The translations under genes and the position numbers were made by a program. From an uncultured Piscirickettsiaceae bacterium (GTDB lineage Bacteria > Pseudomonadota > Gammaproteobacteria > GCF-002020875), in assembly GCA_964654355.1 (NCBI GenBank), contig CAZZIQ010000002.1, forward strand, positions 1 through 54,548: 54,548 bases of DNA. The letters run 5' to 3'. Of the stretch, positions 1 to 7,055 are shown in pieces. The notes beneath the pieces were generated by a model. It did no database searches and was not told where the DNA came from. It worked only from the letters and a program-made list of their open reading frames with translations. The stretch's first letter is position 1. Each line of letters starts with the position of its first letter.

Positions 1-602
1 TGTCCTTGATCCTGTTGGCACCGTCTTGGGGCGGCATGATCAACGGCATCATGACCCTGTCGGGTGCATGGGAAAAACTGCGTACGGATCCGATCCTGAA
101 GTTCTTGATTGTGTCCCTGTCCTTCTATGGTATGTCGACTTTCGAAGGTCCGATGATGTCCATCAAGACGGTGAATGCACTCTCTCATTACACCGATTGG
201 ACCATTGGCCACGTACATGCAGGTGCCTTGGGTTGGGTTGCGATGATCTCCATCGGTTCACTCTATGCGCTGATTCCATGGCTGTATGGCAAGAAGGAAA
301 TGCATAGCGTTCCTGCCATTGAGGCCCATTTCTGGATCATGACCATCGGTGTTGTGCTCTACATCGCTTCCATGTGGATTGCGGGTGTAATGCAGGGCCT
401 GATGTGGCGTGCAACCAACGAAGACGGTACGTTGACTTATAGCTTCGTGGAATCTCTTGAAGCGATGTATCCGTTCTACTTCCTGCGCTTCCTTGGCGGC
501 GCACTGGTGGTTGGTGGCCTGTTCATCATGGCCTGGAACGTCTACATGACGGTCAGAAATACCAAGCCGGTTGAAGCTGCAATCCCGCAGCCAGCCCATT
601 GA
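1..602 (+). CDS. ccoN: cbb3-type cytochrome c oxidase subunit I (CcoN), C-terminal part; the 5' end lies upstream of the window
   Basis: The frame is open from the window edge. It encodes polytopic membrane sequence with [17 protein letters not shown], typical of the CcoN haem/Cu ligand helices. ccoO, ccoQ and ccoP follow directly. Confidence 0.9.
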   Translation, partial: SLILLAPSWGGMINGIMTLSGAWEKLRTDPILKFLIVSLSFYGMSTFEGPMMSIKTVNALSHYTDWTIGHVHAGALGWVAMISIGSLYALIPWLYGKKEMHSVPAIEAHFWIMTIGVVLYIASMWIAGVMQGLMWRATNEDGTLTYSFVESLEAMYPFYFLRFLGGALVVGGLFIMAWNVYMTVRNTKPVEAAIPQPAH

Positions 603-631
603 TCTGACTGCATAACAAGAGGAGCACGACC

Positions 632-1261
632 ATGAGTCATGAGAAGGTCGAAACAAACGCCGGTCTATTGATTGTCCTGACCCTGATTGTGATCAGCATC
701 GCGGGCTTGGTGCAGATTGTTCCGCTGTTCGCGATGAACAGCGTGATTGAGCCGGTGGAGGGCCTGAAGCCATACAACGCGCTACAGGTAGAAGGACGTG
801 ATATCTATGTGCGTGAAGGTTGCTACAACTGTCATTCACAGATGATTCGTCCGTTCCGCGCGGAAACCGAGCGTTATGGTCACTATTCATTGGCAGGTGA
901 GTCAGTTTATGACCATCCGTTCCAGTGGGGCTCTAAGCGTACCGGTCCGGATCTGGCGCGTGTTGGTGAGCGCTATAGCGACTCCTGGCACATCGCGCAC
1001 TTGATCAATCCGCGTGACGTGGTGCCTGAGTCGAACATGCCGGCTTACCCGTACCTCAACGAGCGTACGCTGGATGGAGACCTGACCCGTACCAAGATGG
1101 AAGCGCTGAACACGCTGTACCAGCTGACCTGCCCGAAGTGCGACACCTACAGCGAAGAAGAGCTGGCGGCTGCACAGGATGATGTGAAGGGTAAGACGGA
1201 GCTGGATGCGCTGGTTGCTTACCTGCAGGGTCTGGGTACCGCTGTCAAGATGACGCGTTAA
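632..1261 (+). CDS. ccoO: cbb3-type cytochrome c oxidase subunit II, monohaem (CcoO)
   Basis: N-terminal TM anchor and one CxxCH haem motif ([11 protein letters not shown]). SD-like GAGGAG lies upstream of the ATG. Position is between ccoN and ccoQ/ccoP. Confidence 0.93.
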   Translation: MSHEKVETNAGLLIVLTLIVISIAGLVQIVPLFAMNSVIEPVEGLKPYNALQVEGRDIYVREGCYNCHSQMIRPFRAETERYGHYSLAGESVYDHPFQWGSKRTGPDLARVGERYSDSWHIAHLINPRDVVPESNMPAYPYLNERTLDGDLTRTKMEALNTLYQLTCPKCDTYSEEELAAAQDDVKGKTELDALVAYLQGLGTAVKMTR

Positions 1262-1277
1262 GTGTGTAGATGATCGG

Positions 1278-1445
1278 ATGAACTCTGAACTGGTCAATCT
1301 GAGCGGAACGGTTTCAACGCTGTTGATCGTGGTCTTCTTTGCGGGGATTGTGATCTGGGCAACGAGCAAGAAGCGCAAGAAAGACTTTGATGAGGCGTCC
1401 CGTCTACCGTTTGACGAAGACGAACTGGAACACAAAAAACAGTAG
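1278..1445 (+). CDS. ccoQ: cbb3-type oxidase small subunit CcoQ (55 aa; below the ORF-track cutoff)
   Basis: Hand translation gives MNSELVNLSGTVSTLLIVVFFAGIVIWATSKKRKKDFDEASRLPFDEDELEHKKQ*. It has a single TM helix followed by a basic then acidic tail. It sits exactly in the ccoO-ccoP gap, as in ccoNOQP operons. Confidence 0.75.
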   Translation: MNSELVNLSGTVSTLLIVVFFAGIVIWATSKKRKKDFDEASRLPFDEDELEHKKQ

Positions 1446-1494
1446 TTCGGCCTTGGCCGTTCGCGCAACGTAGTTGCGAATGAGGAGATAGCTG

Positions 1495-2520
1495 ATGTTA
1501 GTCGATGAAACTCTCAGTAGCTTTTGGAGCACATGGGTCATTGTTCTGATCCTTGCCAATATTGGCTTCATCATGTGGCTGGTATGGTGGACCAAGCGTA
1601 TCCCGGCGGGAGACGCAAAGTCTGAAAGCGAGACTACAGGTCACGAGTGGGATGGCCTGCGTGAATTGAACAATCCATTGCCGCGTTGGTGGCTGTACAT
1701 GTTCTATGTCACGTTTATTTTTGGGTTTGGGTACATGTACCTCTGGCCGATGCTGGGAAACTACCAAGGTGCGCTGACTGTCGAAGTGGATGGTGAGAAA
1801 GCGCCATGGACTGCACAGCGTCAGTGGAAAGCTGAAGTTGCAGAAGCCGACGCACAGTACAAAGTCGTATTTGATCGCTTGACCAAGAATGCGGATGGTT
1901 CTTGGAAGGACCTCAAGGTGGTCGCTGCGGATCCGGATGCGCACAAGGTGGGCCAGCGTTTGTTCACCAACTACTGCTCGGTGTGCCATGGCACCACCGC
2001 AATGGGCGCGACCCACTTCCCGAACCTGACCGACAACGACTGGTTGTTTGGCGGTGAGCCAGAAACGATCAAGGAAACCATCATGTATGGCCGTGGTGGC
2101 ATCATGCCGGGCTTTGAAGGCATCCTCTCGGATGACGACATCAGTGCGGTTGCTGATCACATTTTGAGCTTCTCCGGTCGCGGTGAAGGTAAGGTCGACA
2201 AGGCTGTGGATATGGCGAAGGACATGGCGGCTGCCGCGATGTCGGTTGCAGGTGTCAGCAATGACGCCGGCGCAGAAGCCTTCCTGACCAACTGCTCGGG
2301 TTGTCACATGCCGGATGGTTCGGGTATGCAGATGTTGGGCGCGGCAAATCTGTCCGACAACACCTGGGTGCACGGCCGCTCTAAGACTGCCATCATGCAC
2401 AACATCAAGAAGGGCTTTGATGGCAATTGGAACCGCATGCCAGCCTTCAACGAGTTCCTTGGCGAAGACAAGGTACACGTTTTGTCAGCCTATATTTGGA
2501 GCCTATCGAACAAGCCGTAA
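1495..2520 (+). CDS. ccoP: cbb3-type cytochrome c oxidase subunit III, dihaem (CcoP)
   Basis: N-terminal TM region and two CxxCH motifs (CSVCHG, CSGCHM). GAGGAG SD lies before the ATG. Confidence 0.92.
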   Translation: MLVDETLSSFWSTWVIVLILANIGFIMWLVWWTKRIPAGDAKSESETTGHEWDGLRELNNPLPRWWLYMFYVTFIFGFGYMYLWPMLGNYQGALTVEVDGEKAPWTAQRQWKAEVAEADAQYKVVFDRLTKNADGSWKDLKVVAADPDAHKVGQRLFTNYCSVCHGTTAMGATHFPNLTDNDWLFGGEPETIKETIMYGRGGIMPGFEGILSDDDISAVADHILSFSGRGEGKVDKAVDMAKDMAAAAMSVAGVSNDAGAEAFLTNCSGCHMPDGSGMQMLGAANLSDNTWVHGRSKTAIMHNIKKGFDGNWNRMPAFNEFLGEDKVHVLSAYIWSLSNKP

Positions 2521-2544
2521 GGCCTAAGATGCGTTAGCATTTGA

Positions 2545-2578
2545 GGGGCGCTGGATTACCATCCAGCGCCCTTTTTTG
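2545..2578 (+). terminator. Rho-independent terminator after ccoP
   Basis: Stem GGGCGCTGGAT / ATCCAGCGCCC (11 bp), 4-nt loop TACC, followed by TTTTTT. Confidence 0.8.
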
Positions 2579-2617
2579 TCTCTATACATTACATAACCAG
2601 GATAGGAGGGAGGCAGT

Positions 2618-2887
2618 ATGACCATGGAAACACCGCGCGAGGTACCCGCGATTCAGCATTGGGTCTCGGTCTTATGGCCATCATTCATCATGGCCGGGAT
2701 TGCGACGATTTTGACTTTTGCCTATATCGACCCGAGTGATTTATTGCACTGTGGTCCAGACGAAGATTGCCGGATGCGTGCGTATAGCATCGGATTCTTT
2801 TTCTATTGGGCGCTGACCGGGTTCTCAAGCTTCTTCACCTGTTTCTTTTTGCGCCCGTGTGAGAATTTCAACAAGCAAAAGAAATAA
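2618..2887 (+). CDS. Small hypothetical membrane protein (89 aa, about 2 TM helices) between ccoP and ccoG
   Basis: AGGAGGGAGG SD-like tract lies upstream of the ATG. Two hydrophobic segments: WPSFIMAGIATILTFAYI and SIGFFFYWALTGFSSFFTCFFL. I recognise no family motif. Confidence 0.6.
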   Translation: MTMETPREVPAIQHWVSVLWPSFIMAGIATILTFAYIDPSDLLHCGPDEDCRMRAYSIGFFFYWALTGFSSFFTCFFLRPCENFNKQKK

Positions 2888-2948
2888 AACCGAAACGGCA
2901 TTTTGGTAAATCCCAACTGCCAAGTTGTATGAACAAGGACCGAGTGAA

Positions 2949-4355
2949 ATGACATCTGACCCGAAGAAATCCCACTCAGCTATGGATGTTGAGCAGGAGC
3001 TGTATCAAAAGCGTCAAAAGATCTACGCGCGCGAGGTACACGGCCTGTTTGCGACCATGCGAGTACTTGCGATGGCGGGATTAATGGGCATTTACTACAT
3101 CCTGCCTTGGATTCAGTGGAATGGCCGTCAGGCCGTCTTGCTCGACTTGCCAGCGCGTAAGTTCTATTTCTTCGGAACCACCATCTGGCCACAAGATTTC
3201 ATTCTGGTGGCCTTGCTGTTGATGATTGCGGCGTGGTCTTTGTTCTTCTTCACGAATCTTGCTGGGCGTTTGTGGTGTGGTTATGCCTGCCCACAGACCG
3301 TATGGACGGAAGTGTTCATGTGGTTCGAGCGCAAGATTGAAGGCGATCGTCCTAAGCAAATGAAGCTCGACAAAATGGGCTGGGGCGTAGAAAAGATTTT
3401 GCGAAAGGGCGGCAAGCATCTTGCCTGGATCGCAGTTGCGTTCTGGACCGGTTTTACCTTTGTCGGTTGGTTCTCGCCGATTGCTGATCTTGCGGAACGC
3501 ATGATCAGTATTCAGCTTGGCCCATGGGAAACCTTCTGGATCTTGTTCTATGGCTTCGCGACGTGGGGCAATGCCGGCTTCTTGCGCGAGCAGGTGTGCA
3601 TTTATATGTGTCCTTATGCGCGCTTCCAGAGCGCGATGTTTGATACTGACACGCTCATCATTTCCTATGATGAGCAGCGTGGTGAGCCGCGTGGCACGCG
3701 TCGCAAGGATGAGGATTACAAAGCCGCGGGCAAGGGTGACTGCATTGACTGCACTATTTGCGTCCAAGTGTGTCCAGTAGGAATCGATATTCGCGACGGC
3801 TTGCAATATCAGTGTATTGCTTGTGCCGCGTGTATCGATGCGTGCGATGATGTTATGGAAAAAATGGGCTATCCAAAGGGCTTAGTCCGCTACACCACCG
3901 AGAATGCACTTGAGGGTAAACCATCACGGGTGCTGCGTCCGCGCTCGATTATGTATGGCGTGGTATTGGTCGCCTTTATCGTAGGTTTCTTGTTTGTTGC
4001 GCTGAACCGTGTGCCGTTGGAGTTGAATATTATTCGTGACCGTGTTGCGTTATTCACCGAGGCCGATAATGGCGACATCCTGAACACATACAATCTTAAG
4101 ATCATGAACATGGCGGAGGAGGCCTATACCTATCGCCTCTCGCTGGCCTCAGAAGATATTGCGGAGTTCCACAGCGGTGGCTTGGAAGTGCGCCTAGCAA
4201 CGGGCGAAGTTGCTGAAGTGCCTTTCCAGATTGCTGCGGCACCGGATCAAATCCGCAAGCGCAGTAATGAGGTGATGTTCATTCTGGAAGCCATCGAGAA
4301 TCCGGAAGTTCGGATTGAACAATCCGGTCGTTTCTTAGGTCCCGTCTTCCGATAA
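2949..4355 (+). CDS. ccoG: Cytochrome c oxidase accessory protein CcoG/FixG (membrane polyferredoxin)
   Basis: Two 4Fe-4S ferredoxin motifs (CIDCTICVQVCP, CIACAACIDACD) and multiple TM helices. The ORF track starts at TTG 2925. ATG 2949 has AAGGA 9-10 nt upstream, so I prefer it. Confidence 0.88.
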   Translation: MTSDPKKSHSAMDVEQELYQKRQKIYAREVHGLFATMRVLAMAGLMGIYYILPWIQWNGRQAVLLDLPARKFYFFGTTIWPQDFILVALLLMIAAWSLFFFTNLAGRLWCGYACPQTVWTEVFMWFERKIEGDRPKQMKLDKMGWGVEKILRKGGKHLAWIAVAFWTGFTFVGWFSPIADLAERMISIQLGPWETFWILFYGFATWGNAGFLREQVCIYMCPYARFQSAMFDTDTLIISYDEQRGEPRGTRRKDEDYKAAGKGDCIDCTICVQVCPVGIDIRDGLQYQCIACAACIDACDDVMEKMGYPKGLVRYTTENALEGKPSRVLRPRSIMYGVVLVAFIVGFLFVALNRVPLELNIIRDRVALFTEADNGDILNTYNLKIMNMAEEAYTYRLSLASEDIAEFHSGGLEVRLATGEVAEVPFQIAAAPDQIRKRSNEVMFILEAIENPEVRIEQSGRFLGPVFR

Positions 4356-4427
4356 ACTTTTACCAGCGCGGTCGGGTCTGAGTACCCGATCGCGTTTGTC
4401 TATTCCGCCCCGACACAGGACAGCAAT

Positions 4428-4946
4428 ATGGCGCTCGCCCCGCAGCGAATCGATCGTAAACCTTGGTACCGCCAGTTTTGGCCATGGTTTCTGATCTTCT
4501 TGCCGACCACTTCGATTTTTGCAGGATTTGCGCTCCTTTATTTCGCACTCGATGGCCCGGATGGCATGGTGATCGATGATTACTACAAGGTGGGTCGCGC
4601 CTATAACCGCAACATTGAGCGTGATCAGCATGCCGAAGCGCAGGGTATTCGGGGGCAGCTCACGGTGCGCGCTGATGGGATTGCCGATCTCGTACTACTG
4701 AGTCATGCATCGTTGAATGAGATGGCGTTGAATTTGACCTTGATGCATCCAACCGAACGCGATCGTGATATGACCGTGCCACTGGTGCAGGGCATTCAAG
4801 GAACCTGGTCAGCGAATGTTGGGCAGATCCCGCGCGCGCAGTGGTATATCAGAGTGGAAGACCAAGCCGGTGTTTGGCGGATTGCCGGCCGTGCATGGTT
4901 GCCTTCGGATGAAATGCTGAGCTTGCTCCCCGCAAGCCAAAACTAA
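4428..4946 (+). CDS. ccoH: FixH/CcoH family cbb3 oxidase assembly protein
   Basis: N-terminal KPWYRQFWPWFLIFLPTTSIFAGFALLYFA TM segment typical of FixH, about 170 aa, immediately after ccoG. Confidence 0.8.
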   Translation: MALAPQRIDRKPWYRQFWPWFLIFLPTTSIFAGFALLYFALDGPDGMVIDDYYKVGRAYNRNIERDQHAEAQGIRGQLTVRADGIADLVLLSHASLNEMALNLTLMHPTERDRDMTVPLVQGIQGTWSANVGQIPRAQWYIRVEDQAGVWRIAGRAWLPSDEMLSLLPASQN

Positions 4947-4964
4947 GCGCTTAGATTGAGGTGC

Positions 4965-5648
4965 TCAGGGTTGGTTTTTTGTTGCGCTTGGGGCCAGCGC
5001 CTGTAATGGTTCACGCACGCGATCGAATACGCGCGGACTGACATACTGAATCACTTCTTTGTGTTCAGGGCTGTAAGCGAGGTCAATCCCGCGTTCCGGA
5101 TAAAGCCAGTGTTCAGTTTGAATACCGGCGATTTTTTCGGCGGGAAGACCAAACCGGGTCTCGATCTGATCAGCTTTGAGATTGTAACTGGGTAGAAAGA
5201 CGAGGCTCTCAATGCGGTTGCTCAACACCTCAGCATAGTCCTGAGGTTGCAGAGTAATTTTGTGTCCGCCGTCGCCCATGGACTCTTTTCGACGCGTATT
5301 CCACAAGGCATTGGCCCACTCGGTCGGCGTACCCAGTGTGCTGGCGATGAGTTTTCCCGCAAACCCACTCAAGCGCGCATCGGGCCAGTAGACCTCAAGG
5401 CGCGGGGCTTCGCCTGTACGGGCGACGAGGGCAAGTTCAGGATTCCCCGAGATGCGTGGCAAGGCTTCGGCGATCGTGCTGTGCTCTAAGTGAAGCCCAA
5501 ATACACGGCTGCTACCGTCGTCATAAACAGTTACCGCCCAAGGTGGATCAAAGTCCGCACCCGCATCGGGACGTGCGCCGAGATACCATGCTGCACTGGT
5601 CAGTGCGCTGAGGCCTGCGGCGACCCAGAGGATGGATCCGGCTTTCAT
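4965..5648 (-). CDS. Hypothetical exported or membrane-anchored protein (227 aa)
   Basis: Start trimmed to MKAGSILWVAAGLSALTSAAWYL (signal/anchor). Its ATG overlaps the dtd stop as ATGA, which suggests translational coupling. No family motif recognised. Confidence 0.6.
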   Translation of the reverse strand: MKAGSILWVAAGLSALTSAAWYLGARPDAGADFDPPWAVTVYDDGSSRVFGLHLEHSTIAEALPRISGNPELALVARTGEAPRLEVYWPDARLSGFAGKLIASTLGTPTEWANALWNTRRKESMGDGGHKITLQPQDYAEVLSNRIESLVFLPSYNLKADQIETRFGLPAEKIAGIQTEHWLYPERGIDLAYSPEHKEVIQYVSPRVFDRVREPLQALAPSATKNQP

Positions 5649-6103
5649 TCGTTTTTCTCCAAGGGCGGCGTGTGGAGCCAAAAGGTTACAGGGCCGTCAT
5701 TGATCAATTCCACCTGCATATCGGCGCCAAACTGGCCACTCGCAACAGGTGAATAGAGTACTCGTGCAGAGTCTAGCAGGGCCCGAAAGAGCGGTTCTGC
5801 TTGCTCGGGGGGCAGCGCGGGGGTGAAGCTGGGGCGCAAACCTTTGCGCGTATCTGCTGCGAGCGTGAATTGCGGAACCAGCAAGAGTCCACCCTCCATA
5901 TCACGCAAGCTATGGTTCATTCGGCCCTGCGCATCTTCAAATACACGGTAATCCAGTAGACGCTGTAGAAACGGTTGTAGCAGTACGGATGTGTCGCCGC
6001 GTTCCATGCCTACAAACACAAGGAGTCCAGCGCCAATATCGCCAACCAGGGTATTTTCAACCCGTACTGCGGCACGGCGCACGCGTTGTAACAGCGCAAT
6101 CAT
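5645..6103 (-). CDS. dtd: D-aminoacyl-tRNA deacylase
   Basis: MIALLQRVRRAAVRVENTLVGDIGAGLLVFVGMERGD N-terminus, about 150 aa, C-terminal NDGPVTFWL. All are characteristic of Dtd. Confidence 0.92.
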   Translation of the reverse strand: MIALLQRVRRAAVRVENTLVGDIGAGLLVFVGMERGDTSVLLQPFLQRLLDYRVFEDAQGRMNHSLRDMEGGLLLVPQFTLAADTRKGLRPSFTPALPPEQAEPLFRALLDSARVLYSPVASGQFGADMQVELINDGPVTFWLHTPPLEKNE

Positions 6104-7050
6104 GCAAGTCGATCGGCGAAATCTTCGGTGGCGTTCACCAGCGCACGCAGGGTGCCAGGTTCGGTTGCCGAATGTCCTGCATCATCAATAATCTTCAGCG
6201 TGGCTTGCGGCCAGACATGATGCAAGGCAACGGCTTGTTCGACTGGACACACCACATCATAGCGACCATGCACAATTATCCCGGGTATGTTTGCAAGGCG
6301 CGAGGCATCACGCAGTAATTGGTCGGGTTCAAGAAAGGCATCATGCACAAAGTAGTGATTCTCGATGCGAGCCAGTGCGAGCGCGACATACGGATCTGCA
6401 AAGTGATTAATGACCATCGGATTTTGGCGAAGGGTTGCCGTGCTTCCTTCCCAGACCGACCAGGCCTTTGCTGCTGCCATACGTTGAATTTCATCAGCGC
6501 AGGTTAATCGTTTATGAAAGGCCTGCATCAAGTTACCCCGCTCTTCCAGAGGAATGGGGGCAAGGTAGTGTTCCCAGAGCTCAGGGAAGAGGTGGTTTGC
6601 ACCATCTTGATAAAACCAATGTAAGTCGCGCGGTCGACAAAGAAAAATGCCACGAAGAATCAGACCAAGGATGCGCTCAGGATGAGTTTCTGCGTAGGCG
6701 AGACTGAGTGTTGAGCCCCAAGAGCCGCCAAACAGCAGCCATTGCTCAACATGCAACAGCACACGAATTTGTTCAATGTCCGCAATCAGCTCTTGCGTGG
6801 AGTTGTGCTCGAGATGTGCATGCGGTGTCGAGCGACCACAGCCGCGTTGGTCAAACAAAATGATCCGATAGCGCTGTGGATCAAAGAAGCGCCGGTGATA
6901 GCGCTCACATCCAGCACCGGGGCCACCGTGCACAAATAAGACGGGAATACCATCTGGGTTGCCGCATTCTTCTATGTAAAGCACATGCGGCGCGGTCACC
7001 GCTAAGCTATGGCGTACGTATGGCTCTAGATCTGGAAAAAGCTCCTGCAT
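6100..7050 (-). CDS. pip: Prolyl aminopeptidase (proline iminopeptidase), alpha/beta hydrolase
   Basis: HGGPGAGC and GGSWGSTLSLAYA nucleophile elbow. The sequence is collinear with the Xanthomonas-type Pip sequence from memory (IENHYFVHDAF...HGRYDVVCP). Confidence 0.9.
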   Translation of the reverse strand: MQELFPDLEPYVRHSLAVTAPHVLYIEECGNPDGIPVLFVHGGPGAGCERYHRRFFDPQRYRIILFDQRGCGRSTPHAHLEHNSTQELIADIEQIRVLLHVEQWLLFGGSWGSTLSLAYAETHPERILGLILRGIFLCRPRDLHWFYQDGANHLFPELWEHYLAPIPLEERGNLMQAFHKRLTCADEIQRMAAAKAWSVWEGSTATLRQNPMVINHFADPYVALALARIENHYFVHDAFLEPDQLLRDASRLANIPGIIVHGRYDVVCPVEQAVALHHVWPQATLKIIDDAGHSATEPGTLRALVNATEDFADRLA

Positions 7051-7055
7051 GGCGC

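Noticed and set aside
1498-2478. 326-aa ORF antisense to ccoP. Similar antisense ORFs occur at 3081-3806, 258-656 and 902-1468.
   Set aside because: They lie entirely inside well-supported cco genes on the opposite strand. They have Arg/His/Val-rich shadow-frame composition, no SD and no recognisable motifs. These are typical GC-rich antisense artefacts.
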